A stretch of 64,000 nt of DNA from Tubulanus polymorphus. Lineage: Eukaryota; Animalia; Nemertea. The position numbers and the translations under genes were made by a program. The stretch lies in NCBI RefSeq assembly GCF_964204645.1, contig NC_134026.1:30972150-31036149 (forward strand), written 5' to 3'. Below are positions 50,445-63,420 of the stretch, piece by piece. The notes under the pieces were generated by a model. It made no database searches. It was not told the origin of the DNA and saw only the letters and a program-made list of their open reading frames with translations. Position 1 is the first letter of the stretch, and every line of letters begins with the position of its first letter.

Positions 50445-50582
50445 GTTCCTACGTTTTACACCAACAACCGGTCTAGGGTTACTACACTCACAAGGCTAAC
50501 CCTAGGGTTTTATAAGCTTCACAACAAGAAGGCTAACCCTAGGGTTTCTACGTTTTACACCCAGGCCAAGCCTAGGGTTAGA
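50445..50582. promoter_or_regulatory. Repeated palindromic AACCCTAGGGTT motifs in the BDP1/TMEM17 bidirectional promoter
   Basis: CTAGGGTT four times (two full AACCCTAGGGTT palindromes) between divergent start codons about 600 bp apart. Confidence 0.5.
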
Positions 50583-50642
50583 GGGCCAGCAATTACAACA
50601 ATAAATTTCAAATTGAATTGAATTGTTGCTAATGAAGCTATA

Positions 50643-52525
50643 ATGGCGGCTCTACGTAAAACTCTCACTCAATTTACAGATGTTGTTTTTCCTACTCATA
50701 AACTGTCTCAGAGTCTCATTCCTGCGCATCATTTAATCAAATCAGGTAAAATATTTTCCCTTCACGAATTAGGTCCGCATTTCTCTTCTGAAATAGCCTA
50801 GAATCATCATGAATTTTTTGTTTTTGTCTGAAACTAGGCCTATATTTTATTTTCTTCTCATCCGACTCATGTTGGACTCAAACCTCGACTGTCAATGTCA
50901 GTGTCTAATGAAAGTTAAATTAATATTTTGTATTTTTGCAGGGAATGAATATGTATCTAGTTTACCGTTACAAATGGCTCTTTATTTTAACGGATTTTAT
51001 TTTCCGTTCTGGTTCATTTGTGTCATCATGTCATTTGTAATGAAGGTAAGGCATCAGGGAGGGAGGGGCTCAGTCAGTAACCTGTCTGTGGTTTGGTTTA
51101 ACGATCGGATAATTTCACAAACCACATAAGTATAAGCTCATCCAATTTTAAAAAGCTTACCACCAACGATTAGGTAACTAACTAGGAGGGGCTGTAGTGT
51201 AGTTGGTCAAAAGTTGGTTAGAGTTAACCACTGGATAGTCTAGTACCTAGCCGTGGTTCCACAAACAACACCCGTAACAACGACTGGTATTTAGACTAAC
51301 CAATGGATAGTTGATAGTCTATTCGCATCATCGCTATATTATCTTCAATTTTGGAAAACTTACGCAGAAAATAAAGTTACGGAAACTTATGTCGAGAAAT
51401 TTGAGAATTATCTGATTGATGAAATGAATTTATTTTACAGTATAATTACTTATCGATGCTGTATCGAATTATTCTGATCGCGATCATCCTTACGCTGACA
51501 ATTGTTGAAATAGTCCGACTATATATTGGATTCATGGGAAATCTCACTGAAAAGGTAACTATCACTATAAACTCTAGTTAATGCTTCAGTATCTTTCATC
51601 ATCATCAATATCATGGACGGTTAGAGGTCTATTGATGTGCGGCTCTTTTGGCAATAAATAGACATGATTAAGGTGACTGGATTTCTAAAATCTTTCTGCT
51701 TTATCTAAAAGTGCCTTAGTCATTTCTTCTGCCTCTGGGGCCGGTTCCATAGTCATTGCTTAGACTTAAGACCAGTCTAAAACTATCTTAGTTCTATAGC
51801 CAATCTAACAACTTAAGACCAGTTTAGCTTATTTTGGTTTTATAGCCAATCTAACAACTTAAAACCAGTTTAGCTTATTTTGATTTATAGCCAATCTAAC
51901 AACTTAAAAACCAGTCTAAAACTACCTTAGTTCTATAGCCAATCTAACAACTTAAAAACCAGTCTAAAACTACCTTAGTTCTATAGCCAATCTAACAACT
52001 TAAGACCAGTCTTAAGATTTAAGACCACTTTCGGGCTTAAGTCTCGACTATGGAACCAGCCTCTGATTCTTAAAGCATGTACGCAACTTCTAACATACGT
52101 TGGAGGAGAAGATCAGATTCTCTTAACAAATTGAAGATGATTGTCTTGTGATTGTCCTGCTGGATTTCAAAATTGTCTAAACCTGTCACAATGAATTTAT
52201 ATATTTGTAGGTTCCGGAGCTGGCTGGTTGTTGGTTACTGACGATTATCATCCAGTTTCCGTTGACATTGTTCATCTTATTAAACGAAGCCACTTGGATT
52301 TTACCACTAGAGCGCGCCGCTAACATCGTCCTTCTCGCGTTCCTCGTCGTTCAGATGATATCCGGTTATTTCGCGATTCGTTCCATGGTTCATTTACAAG
52401 TGACGAAATTTCATTTGAAACAATTTCATGACCTCGAAGATTTAGACGGCGGTTTGCCTTTATACGAGGAGAACGGCAGTGGAGAAAACATCAGACATAG
52501 AATCAATTCCTCAAATAGAGCTTAG
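50643..52525 (+). CDS. TMEM17: Ciliary transition-zone transmembrane protein 17 (exons ~50643-50745, 50942-51045, 51441-51554, 52211-52525)
   Basis: GNEYVSSLPLQMALYFNGFYFPFW; EIVRLYIGFMGNLTEK|VPELAGCWLLT; LPLERA; TKFHL. Confidence 0.9.
51738..52062. mobile_element. Full-length MITE with internal tandem repeats
   Basis: TIRs GGGGCCGGTTCCATAGTC / GACTATGGAACCAGCCTC enclosing about 5 copies of a ~43-bp TATAGCCAATCTAACAACTTAAGACCAGT unit. Confidence 0.8.
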
Positions 52526-53254
52526 ACTTTAAAGAAACTTTGTTCACTTTAGGGTAGATATTTACCGGGTCCCTATTACTCCTTGATTAATGGACAATGA
52601 TTTTAAAGATGCTTGAAACTCGTTTACAAAATGCACGAAACTCCTATCAATTTCGAGAATAGGCAATTTGAAATGTTCTCTTTTAAAACTCCATGAATGA
52701 CTGATCTGTAGAGACCCTGATTTATCATGTCAGTCAAAAATAGTGTGAATTTCAGATGATGTTATAGGTTACTAGTTAGACTAGACTTAAGTGTAGTTGG
52801 TATGTAGCTAATTCAGTCAAGGTAACCCCAGTATATTTTTAAGTCCCAGTTAATGCCGCCTGGACCATAAAACTAGGCCCATTGTATCAAAACAAGTTTA
52901 TAGTCAAATTTCTGATCGATTCAAATGTATATTTAAAGTGTAAAATGTATATTATTTTTGATAGTTATTTTCTTAATAAAAACTTCATATTTCATATAGC
53001 GTTAACTATTTGTGAACTTGTATTTTATGGTTTTTACAACGCGACAAGAAATCTAGTTCCACCTTCACAAATCCAGAATGAAAAAGATGAAATGTATTTT
53101 TAAGTTGGAAAATTTCACAGCGCAAATTTTCACACATGATTCTTTCATCGTGGTTTAACTCGAGATATACAACGCGATAATTTCGCTGGTTTTCGTCCTC
53201 CATAAAATCAATCAATAAATATCAATTATCATCTTATTGTAGACTTTCCATTAA

Positions 53255-55792
53255 TCAAGTTTTTGTTTCTCCCGAATTTTGTTCTAAATTTTTCCGGTAA
53301 CACGCTAAACTACAAAGTCGAACCGAAGTCTTTGAACAATTGTACTTTTTGGGATTATTGCAACCTTCAACACCACACATTTCCTTCGCTTTAGGTGGCC
53401 TGAAAATATATATCAAAATTCCTTAAAAAATCATCGATTCAATTAAGACACAGTGACCACTTTCAGCCAATTTACAAATTCCTCGAGTTTTCCCTGATTT
53501 TTTCATGTTATATCAGAAAATTCCGAGGATTTTCTTTGTTTAAAATGTTACGATTAATTCATTTTTCATTGAATAACGTATTGATAAAGAGATATGCGGT
53601 CAGTAAAATTATCCAAATTTTATCACTACTTACGGTAATGGTTCAGCTGATACAAGTGGATACTGAAATCCATGTGGAATACTGACTCTGATACCAGATT
53701 TATTTGATAAATATCTGACTCGAGGAATATTCATCTTCTTGGAACCTTTCGACTGAAAAACACCCAAACAATTGATACAATCAAACAATCATGTAGTAAT
53801 TTACTCATTATTTTTGTTTAGTCGCCGTTTATAAACTACATTATCAAAATTGCGATGATTTTCAACCCCTTCTGACGATGCATATTACCAAAAATGTATT
53901 TTTGATATTACATAATATGAGAGGAAAGGCAGTACAAGTACTTTTAGGATACAACACCCTCTATTATCATTATCATTATTATTACCATATTTAGTGCTCT
54001 GTACAAGGTACAAATACATGCTCCAAAGCACTTACAGCATATATTGGTTGACACAGACAATAACCGATTTATATGACAGATCCTAGAAGTTTGTAAATCC
54101 CCTAATAATCATGATCATCATCAATAATCATCATAATGTACAAAACAGGTCTCTACAAATGATGACGTGTGTCACATGCACCTCTATGAAGAAGAGGCCA
54201 ATGTTTGTCCCTGTCTTCCTCCCTACGGTTGAGTATGAATAGCATCTTACCCTCATTGCCTTATTCTTTGATTCCTGTTTCTTTAACAGGCGTTCTAATG
54301 TTAATTTCTGCAAAGAAGATGAAATAATCAGATTGTGAAAATAAATTATCTAAACCATCATCTAAAAACTAGTCAAATCATGTTTCAAATTCAAACCTTA
54401 TCTTTCTCCTGTTTTTCATGAGCCTGCTGCCGTCGTCTGCTGGCTGTTTGTTGGCGTCGAGCCAACTGTTCTTTAGTCAATTCCACTGATTTCGTTTCTG
54501 AAACATCAATCAAACGATCATTATCTCCAGTTTTCTAAAATGAAATTTCCCCGACTTTCCCCTGATATTCTGGTAAGAGGCGCCACCCTGTAATCACAAT
54601 TTCTGTACTATTGTTATTAAAAGGGCAGTTAGTGTTTTTACCGATTGGTAACTGTAACAATTCTTTTTCTTTTTTTCCGTGAAGTAACGCTTTCTGACGA
54701 GTTGTCAATAGTTTTTTATCTTTTGATTTTTTCAGTTCGCCATTATCATCTAAATCTCCTTTCTCTAAAGCATCTAACCACTGTTTCTCTTCATCTGAAG
54801 TATCATCATTTTCATCCTTTACTGAAATATCAAGTCAGAAAAAAAAACCATTGAATAAATTTTCATCTCAGGAGAGAAACACAATTTCAAAGTTGATATT
54901 TATTTACCGACCTCCTTTAGATGCCGAGATGGGTAGAACTTCAGCGCTTGCCAGGGCTGTTTTAGTAACGCTGTATAAAACAATACCATCAATTATTAGT
55001 ATAAAATAGTAAACCATATAAACGAAATGAATGATGTCATTCAGAAACTCTTCAGTAAAACTTGCTGCTGGTTATAGTTGTCACAATTATTTTAAAATTT
55101 GGATTCAATAATAGAAGAGACAACTTATCCGTAGCAAGTTTAACTGTAGCTTCAATAACTATATCTATACCTGGTCGTGCCCAAGGTTTCTTTACCAATT
55201 TTGATTTTAAGTTTGATGGCAGGTTTAGGGCTATCGTCATCGACACTGATATATTCAGATGACTGATCCGCTGTTTCGCCATGTTTACTCTTTTTGTGTT
55301 TCTTTTTATGTTTCTTGTGTTTTTTGTGAGGTGGTGTTTCTGTAAGAAATAACATGTAGCCGGTTTTTGTATGAACATAGAATTCAAGCTGGTATGCTAG
55401 ACACAGACACAGACCAGTTCAGCTCCAGCCGACAGGCCAGCAACATCCGACCAATCGGCACCACTCACTACTCCGGGGTGCCTGTGAGAGTGAGTATACC
55501 AGTATACTGGAGGGCTTTTTAACAGACAATCTGTCAAGAGAAGCTTGATGTAGTGGGCCCTAGCTGAGAAAAATTACATTTCTATGAGGAGAGGAGTGAA
55601 AACTAGACTCAGTTCAGTACCCAGTTCACAGACGGACTCTCTCTACTGACTACTCTCCTCACTCAGACTGCTCGCGGCGGTATTATTGTCTAAACTATTT
55701 ATTCTACCTGGCTCTAAATCAAGGCTCGGGGCCGGGCATACGGCAGTTGTATCTACGTCTTCTGATTCTACAACTCCTCTTTTCTTTCCCAT
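53255..55792 (-). CDS. INO80B: INO80 complex subunit B (PAPA-1 and zf-HIT), about 8 exons
   Basis: HKKHKKHKKKHKK; PAIKLKIKIGKETLGT; EEKQWLDALEKGDLDDNGEL; ARRQQTASRRRQQAHEK...TLERLLKKQ; C-terminal CGVEGCNNPKKYNCSKTSVRLCSLACYRKN. Confidence 0.92.
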
Positions 55793-56214
55793 TTTGTTCG
55801 ATTTTTTTCCTTGTTTCAGCAATTTATCGGTGTCTTTCACTAAATAGTGCGACGTATGCGACTTCCGGTTCATCAATAAAATTAGATTGCATTGAATTGC
55901 TGACTATAAAATAGTCATTTCAAACGGAAACATCGATTATAAGAAAAAAAAATTACTTTAGCTGACATAGTGGCTTACGTTAAAAATCCTTAAATTATTT
56001 GCTTTAAGCATGAACTACTTTAATTATTTTGATATTGAAAATTATTATTTTGATTATTTTTTTTGTTATTTAAACGCGGGTTTCTGTCATCATCGTTTCA
56101 GGTGCGCTCTTATATAACGCACACATGTTCATGTTCTCGTTACATGCGGAAACTTGTCTTGGAGTTTTTCTAGTGCTTATTTATTAGTCTTGGTTGCCAG
56201 CAGTTTTTTGTGTA

Positions 56215-58868
56215 ATGACTGGAAGTATGAATGAGTTGAAATCAGACTCTGCAGCAGCTGCAGCAGATGCTGGAGACAGTTTACTATCCATGCACAATAT
56301 ACGAGTTGTATCTATAATTCTCATGTCGTTCGTATGTTTCCAATGTATCGATCAATTTCTGTACGTTGTATTCGATAAGATTCTTCCTCTGCGAATATCT
56401 GAACGAATTGTAGCCGTTAGAAGCTCGCAATGGCGATTCAACAATATATTTATTTCGTTCATACATTCCTGTTTGTCTGGAGTCGGATCGGTTTTGTGGT
56501 AAGAAAAAGAGCTTTTACTTTTTATTTACCACTTTCTTCTTAGTAGTTAGTATTAGTAATTTCTAATAATACAAAGTTTGCCTTCTTCATGGGTGTGGCC
56601 GGGGCTTGGTTAATCTATATATTAGAAGGGCTTCGTGTAATTTGCGATAAGTCATTACAATTGGTTTTAAACGATACAAATGATGAGTAAGTCTGTCTAA
56701 TTAGTAATGGGAGGGGCTAAGGGGGGCCAGGGCTGTTGAGTAGGGTGAGTGTGTCCGTAAGGGTTAGACTCTTTAACTTGTTGTTAAACATAATGTCTCA
56801 AATTGTATTGTAGTTTTTACTGGTTTCCACACATGGCTGAAAATATGTTCACATCTCACAACATTTATTCAATTTGTCTGGTGTCATTTTCTACTGGTAA
56901 GAACCACTATAGTGCTGGATTTCAGATTCACAACTGTTAAAGAAATCAACTAGATTTAATTGAAGAACTGTTGAATGGGATCTTGTTTATAAATTAGGAT
57001 CAACACTTATTACAATATTGACTTGAGCTTTAGAGTTGAATTGAACCGTGTAGGCCTATGCTGTGCATTTCATATCCTGCAATCTCATTCATTATGAAAT
57101 ATTAATCGGGCATCATGACTTCATTGGTTGATTGAATTAACCACGTTGTCCTAATTCAGGATTTTTTTTGTTGGTTTGTAATCAAGCTAATTGTTTGTCC
57201 TAATTTCAGGATATTTTCTACATGATTTTGTTCATAATACACATGGTGATAGTAAACGTAGTGCTCAAGAAATAATGGGTCATCACGTAGTTGTAAGTTT
57301 GAACCTGTTTTAAATGTGAAATAAATGAAGAACATTTTAAACTTTGAATTCATTGTTAGAATGTTCATGATAAATACAATAGGAAGATAGATTGAATAGC
57401 GAAATTAATGGGTTTATCAGATTAACCAGCTGTTGGATTAATGCCAAATATTTGTGGTTAGATTTTTACCTGTATCAATTCAAATAGTAGTCAATATACA
57501 TAGTAGACAAATCAATATTCAAGTCAAGCTTTTGATTTTGAAAATAATTTCATCCAATTTTCATGGCAGAACCGTTTCATAGAAATTGAGAAAGAAATTT
57601 AGCCTAGCAAATGAGTTCTACGGAGCTGTTCGTCGGTTCATCTCAATAGTGAAATCAATCAGCTGAGAGCCAAGAACCATGAAAAGTTTGTTATAAATTT
57701 AACTTCATGTATCAGAATGCTGTTTTAATTGTGCACTGGTTAAAACTTCATCCACTTTAATCAACTGGAGCCAATTCAACAGTTGTGAGTTGGAGTAAAC
57801 TCAGAGTTAAAAAGTTAGTTTATTTTCAATGAGCAGACTCAAATCTTAATTCACACTGTGGAACTGGGTCCTGTTGGATCCTTGTTTACCTGATCCCCTT
57901 TGCTGAAAAGTGATTAAGTGTTTTTTCTTGTGTTTTAGGTGATGGCTTGTTTTAGTTTTAGTTTATTCGCGCAGAAATACATCACATATAGTTTAGTGTC
58001 GCTATTGGTTGAAGTAAACAGTATATTCCTGCACTCACGACAACTGATGCAGATTGCTAACATTTCACGCTCATCCATGACTTATCGGTTAAACAGTTTA
58101 GTCACAGTTGGTAAGTCATTCAATTCAGTCTAGAAAATATGTGATAATCCACAAGCAGTATTGGACCTGGTGGCATGCTCCTTGCTGCACCAGCAGTATC
58201 GCACCAGGTGGGGTGCTCCATGCTGCACCATCAGTATCGCGCCAAGTGGCGTGCTCCATGCTGCACCAGCAGTATCGCACCAGGTGGGGTGCTCCATGCT
58301 GCACCAGCAGTATCGCGCCAAGTGGCGTGCTCCATGCTGCACCAGCAGTATCGCACCAGATAGCGTGCTCCTTGCTGCACCAGCAGTATCACACCAGATA
58401 GTGTGCTCCATGTTGCACCAGCAGTATCGCACCAGGTGGGGTGCTCCATGCTGCACCAGCAGTATCGCACCAGGTGGGTAGCTCCATGCTGCACCAGCAG
58501 TATCGCACCAGGTAGCTATCGTCCCACCTATTCTCAATCATTTCTTAGTTCTAACTAGCGACACCAGGTGGATACTCATTTGCCACAAGTGGAATCTTTG
58601 ATTGCCACAGTCGACTCCAAACATCAAAACAAATCCACAAATTACACGTTTATAAATGTTTTGTTTGTTTGTTTCAGGTACTTATATATTTTTCCGTATA
58701 TCGACATTGAGTTGGCTGACTCGTTGGATCATGTTGAATAAGGATAGTATACCTATCCCAGCGTTCGCCCTCGGTAGTAGCGGCCTCTTTATAATGACTG
58801 TTATCAATATAGTTCTATTTATTCGTCTATTGAAATCAGACTTTTTTCGCAAAAACAAAGAAAGTTGA
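56215..58868 (+). CDS. TLC (TRAM/LAG1/CLN8) domain membrane protein, TLCD1/2-like (exons ~56215-56498, 56813-56896, 57210-57292, 57939-58110, 58678-58868)
   Basis: WRFNNIFISFIHS; STGYFLHDF; GHH; LLVEVNSIFLHSRQL; TYIFFRI; INIVLFIRLLKSDFF. Confidence 0.88.
58165..58515. repeat. 38-bp intronic minisatellite, about 9 copies
   Basis: GCTCCATGCTGCACCAGCAGTATCGCACCAGGTGGGGT unit. Confidence 0.92.
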
Positions 58869-59249
58869 ATCATAATTTTTTTTTTAGGTTGATATTTTTT
58901 GTCAAATTGTACAGTAAACTGGTTTGCTCAATTCATTATTTAATTAATGAATAGTTTTTCTGATTGTTAAAGTATAAGACCGAGCTGCCTCAGATCTAAC
59001 TGGACCAATAAATACCCTCTCATGTACTCGGAATTCTTGGGCAGACGGAGCAAGGATGGGTCGTCATTATATGAATTTTGAGTATGAAAATTTCTTTTAA
59101 ATGTATTTACGGTCAGGGGGCAGCAAGTGATAATCTGAAGCCGTCTGCTGCGCGGTAAACGCAGTCTGAGATCGATCGACTTATGTTTACTCAATGTGTA
59201 AAACAAGATTACTGTTGTATTTGTAGAAGAGTTTGATACTGTTAAAATA

Positions 59250-59399
59250 CAGCGGAACCTCGTAACAACGAACTCAGAAACAATGATTCATCAGATATAA
59301 CAAATATAGAATTTCGTCGCACATAAGAAAATTCAATCTATCGGTTATAATGAACATATTTTCTGGTCCCGTGAAGTTTGCTGTAACGAGGTTCTACTC
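59250..59399. mobile_element. Tc1/mariner (pogo/Tigger)-like MITE
   Basis: TA-CAGCGGAACCTCGT...ACGAGGTTCTACTC-TA imperfect TIRs with TA flanks. Confidence 0.6.
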
Positions 59400-60489
59400 T
59401 ATTTACTTGTTGTGGTTCAATTATATAGTTGTAGTTCACGTATTTGTAAGATCAAAAGTATTTTTAAAAAGCCAGTTTGCACTGAAATGTTTATTATAAA
59501 GGCAGCTTTGAAGATGGATACTGATTAAATCAATACGTGGTGAACTATAGGTATCAGTATCCTTTTCAGAATGTCTCGATTGATAGAACTTCGAAGTTTT
59601 AATAATTAATTTGTCACATTTTTTATGAAGATTTATTTTCGTAGATCTACTTAGAAGAATTATACATTTTACAAATAACCCTTGATAATTATAAGCTAAT
59701 GCGTAAATGTATCCGTCAAAAAAGGCTAGATATTCTTAATATGCAATGCTCAGGTAGCCTATTATCAGGGTTAACCCGTATCAGATCGGATGGTATTTAT
59801 CAGGGAGTTTTACAAAATGTGGTCAAAACTACCATTTTTGTAAATTTGTTTTGACATAGAACGAATACATGTAAAATAGCACATCATCAATATGATGTGC
59901 TATTTTACATGTGCATACTCAGGTGTGTACATTCTGTTGTTGGTATATCGATAATATGTGTTCCGTCCGATAGGTGGCGGCCATGAAGCTTCTGGCTTGT
60001 ACATGTAGTGTCCACGATAATAAATAAACATCTCTGTGATTGTTATTACTAGTAAACATGCCATTTTTTCGTCGATTTTATTTTTCATGGATCTGAGGAA
60101 ATCAACAGTCGCCAGCCAGTTTATCATCGAGAATTATTTCCCCTGACAAGAGACATTATGATTTTTAATTGAAAATGCAATACAAACACTACAGACATAG
60201 ACATTCATCGGTACACTTTCAAAAACTGATCGTCCACACTTCACTTGGGTTCAGAACATTCGATCAGGATGAGGACTTGCTGTGGCTGATTGCACAGGGA
60301 ACGGTTGGCCCGGGTCTGAAAACTACACTGAAGTCCTCGCGACATTGTAACACGTTTAGTCAAATGAACGACCTCATTATTATTGCAAATGCAACTATCG
60401 TCATTATTGTAATTGTAAATAACTAATAGATACAGAATTCAGCGCTGCCTGTATTATATATACTGCATTGAGTGGGATAGATCAGCAAA

Positions 60490-61059
60490 ATGTCTACGAT
60501 TTGGATTTTGATGTTTATGGCGCTTCATTTTAATGTCAACGATAGTGCCTACATCAAAAGAACTGACACCTGTCAGGATATAACGATTCCGATGTGTAAA
60601 ATAGGATTGTCATACAATCAAACAAAAATGCTGAATGTCTTCAATCGGAACCAAGAAGAAGCTCTTTGGGACTTGTTTTTTTGGCCGCGGATAAATTGCA
60701 GCGATTCCCTGAATGAATTTCTATGTGCACTATACGCACCGCCGTGTTCCTCGGAACCGCCGTGTAAATCGCTATGCGAAGAAGTTACAAAAGCGTGTGA
60801 AGCTGCGATGAATAGCCTGGGATTTCTTTGGCCACACAAACTGAGGTGCGAAAATTTCAAACGGGAAACATCTTGTATCGGAGCCCGAGGTATTGAAAAA
60901 TCTCAAAATCACGGACAGCTGAGTGTGATGACATTGATGGATCTGGAAAATCGTGTTGATTTCCTCGAATCACGAATAGAAAACAGTGAAACATTTCGCG
61001 ATAAAGTAAAAAATTTAGAGCAGCGAATTGAAGCTCTTGAACGCATTTTATTGAAGTAA
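60490..61059 (+). CDS. Intronless secreted Frizzled-CRD protein with C-terminal coiled coil (divergent paralog)
   Basis: Signal peptide, 10 Cys in Fz-CRD spacing, no TM segments, heptad tail [12 protein letters not shown]...[12 protein letters not shown]. Confidence 0.88.
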   Translation: MSTIWILMFMALHFNVNDSAYIKRTDTCQDITIPMCKIGLSYNQTKMLNVFNRNQEEALWDLFFWPRINCSDSLNEFLCALYAPPCSSEPPCKSLCEEVTKACEAAMNSLGFLWPHKLRCENFKRETSCIGARGIEKSQNHGQLSVMTLMDLENRVDFLESRIENSETFRDKVKNLEQRIEALERILLK

Positions 61060-61512
61060 CTATTTTAAATAATTCTGTAAAGAAACGATCAAATTTCAAC
61101 AACAACAAAGATATAATCTCTGCGGTTAAATGATCGTTCAACTCATAAATCTTTAATTTCTCTTTTTTGAGTCATTGAATAAAAGATCTTTCTTCAAGAA
61201 CTTCCACAAAAATCTGGTGATCTAGTTTTTTTTCGATTTTTCCTTTCCAACAACTTACACGAACCGGAGTTCGGAGTGAATCTGCTGTAATTTGTGCGGA
61301 TAGGGGTGAATTCTGTTCCCACAGTGTCAACAACAGTTTCGTCATTAATGTTGTCATATTTCCAGGGTAGCGGGTGATCTAATTGCAGAATTTACTAATA
61401 TTGCCTCCTCTAATGACGTATCAAATTGTATGGGTGACCTAAACCTTTATTGGCATTTGGTTAGACTGGTTGCTGGTAGTTGAAGCTGCGCTAAACCGAA
61501 TAGATCCACAAA

Positions 61513-62175
61513 ATGTCTCCAATTTGGATTTTCACGTTTTTTATGTTTTATTTTGGCGTCGGTGAAAGTTTTTTCAGGACAAGTGAAAACTGTGAGAATA
61601 TACAGATGCCACTGTGTAAAGTAGGATTGTCGTACAATCAAACAAGAATGCCGAATATGTTTCATCATCAAAACCAAGAAGAAGCAGGTCTGGAGTTACA
61701 TCAGTTTTTTCCGTTGGTTAAGGTGAGATGCAGTCCGAATTTAAAGGAGTTTCTATGCGCTATGTACGCACCACCTTGTTCTTCTGAACCACCGTGTAAA
61801 TCACTCTGTGAACTTGCAAGAAATGGTTGTGAAACCCTCATGAACAGATTCGGATTTCAATGGCCAGAAAAAATGAACTGTAACCATTTTCGAGATAATG
61901 AACCTTGTATCAGTGGAACTGCGACTCCAGCACCGCCAACAACACAGGAGCCGTCGACTCCACCACCAACCGAGGAGCCCTCTACTCCAGCACCAACCGA
62001 GGAGCCTTTGACTCCTGTGACGTCGAATAAACCGTTGAGCGTGAAATTAATGGATTTAGAAAATCGCGTTGAATTCCTCGAATCGCTGATAGAAAACAGT
62101 GAAACATTTCGCGATAAAGTGAAAAATTTAGAACAGCGAATTGAAGCTCTTGAACGTATTTTATTGAAGAATTGA
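61513..62175 (+). CDS. Intronless secreted Frizzled-CRD protein with Pro/Thr linker and C-terminal coiled coil
   Basis: Signal peptide; [35 protein letters not shown]...[14 protein letters not shown] (Fz1/2/7-like CRD); about 3 TEEPSTPAP repeats; coiled coil; no TM or NTR domain. Confidence 0.92.
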   Translation: MSPIWIFTFFMFYFGVGESFFRTSENCENIQMPLCKVGLSYNQTRMPNMFHHQNQEEAGLELHQFFPLVKVRCSPNLKEFLCAMYAPPCSSEPPCKSLCELARNGCETLMNRFGFQWPEKMNCNHFRDNEPCISGTATPAPPTTQEPSTPPPTEEPSTPAPTEEPLTPVTSNKPLSVKLMDLENRVEFLESLIENSETFRDKVKNLEQRIEALERILLKN

Positions 62176-62660
62176 TTTATAAAATTTGAATGAACAATAT
62201 GTTTATACATAATTATATATATATATACATACACCTAGTGAAAAATACACGTTTGATCCTTACTGATGTACATCATCGAGTTGGAAATTTCGGATATTCT
62301 ATAATATTCTATAATATTTCATATCCATTAATTCTTTCTTAATTATTTTACTGTTTATCCATTCAGTTTTACCGAGGAGGTTTTTCCCATCTTCCTGGTT
62401 TTACCGTGGACAGTAAGAATCCAAACGAAAGATAAGAAAGAATGTACAGCCTAACGGCCAGTATGACTCATAACGGATTTGTGTTTAATCCCTGGAGAAG
62501 CCACGTTCATTCAAACTCTTGCCCTATAGTATATATTCCTTTTTTGTGACAGAAAAATAGCCACGGACTTGAAATTCAGAATTGCTTAAAACAATTCCTG
62601 TCAATGGGCCTTATTAAGAGACTGTGCAATCAGAATGATAGCGGGGATTGTTAGTGAATA

Positions 62661-62762
62661 GTCACCACACCCGACTGGTCACCAGTCACCACACCTGACT
62701 GGTCACCAGTCACCACACCCGACTGGTCACCAGTCACCACACCTGACTGATCACCAGTCACA
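62661..62762. repeat. 24-bp tandem repeat, about 4 copies
   Basis: GTCACCACACCYGACTGGTCACCA unit. Confidence 0.85.
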
Positions 62763-62804
62763 GCTACACATAACTGGAAACCACACGCAGGCCAATAAAC
62801 AACA

Positions 62805-62875
62805 ACTCATTGGTCTAGTGGTTAGAGCGTCGGACTTGTGCGCCGGTGATCACGAGTTCGCAACCCTACCTAGGT
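62805..62875 (+). other. tRNA-derived SINE head or tRNA pseudogene
   Basis: A-box TGGTCTAGTGG and B-box-like GAGTTCGCAACC at tRNA spacing, but acceptor and T stems do not pair well. Confidence 0.45.
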
Positions 62876-63218
62876 TTAGGGTTAGCTGGCGGATGAGGTA
62901 GAGATTACTTTTTGCGAATACACGTCCTTTCTGAAAGAAACTCCTCGAATAGAGACTAATCCTTAAAAGAGATATCTTGTTTTCCTTTTTATTAATCTCA
63001 GTAACGAATTGTAGCTGCCATCTGTGAAGAATACCGCTCCATTCAGAAAACATTTCTCGCGACAAGAACAAGTAATACACATATACAAATAACATAATAT
63101 ATAGGCTATTGGTCTTTATTTGATGATAATCTTTGGAAGAAATTACATTTATAAAAATAAAGATAAAACGATGACTTGATTGAACATACAGTGCATATTT
63201 ATAGAACTAAGAACTATT

Positions 63219-63420
63219 GGGGCCAGTTCCACAGTCATGTTTTGGCTACAAGACTAACTTCTATAACCGATCTAGCAACTTAAGACCAGTCTAAGCTCAT
63301 TTTAGTTCAATCACCAATATAACAACTTAAGACCAGTCTAAGCTCATTTTGGTTATATATCCAACCTAACAACTTAAGATGATAAGTCTTAAGATTTAAG
63401 ACCACTTTTTGGACTTTTGG
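63219..63420. mobile_element. Partial copy of the 51738-52062 MITE family
   Basis: GGGGCCAGTTCCACAGTCATG left end plus AACTTAAGACCAGTCT units. Confidence 0.7.

Noticed and set aside
50495-50545. Telomerase RNA template (CTAACCCT)
   Set aside because: Occurs as repeated DNA palindromes in a promoter; no pseudoknot or H/ACA domain evident
58108-58537. Several overlapping Cys/His-rich ORFs
   Set aside because: Artefacts of the 38-bp minisatellite in an intron of the TLC-domain gene
62805-62875. Functional tRNA gene
   Set aside because: A and B boxes present but the cloverleaf does not close; kept only as tRNA-derived
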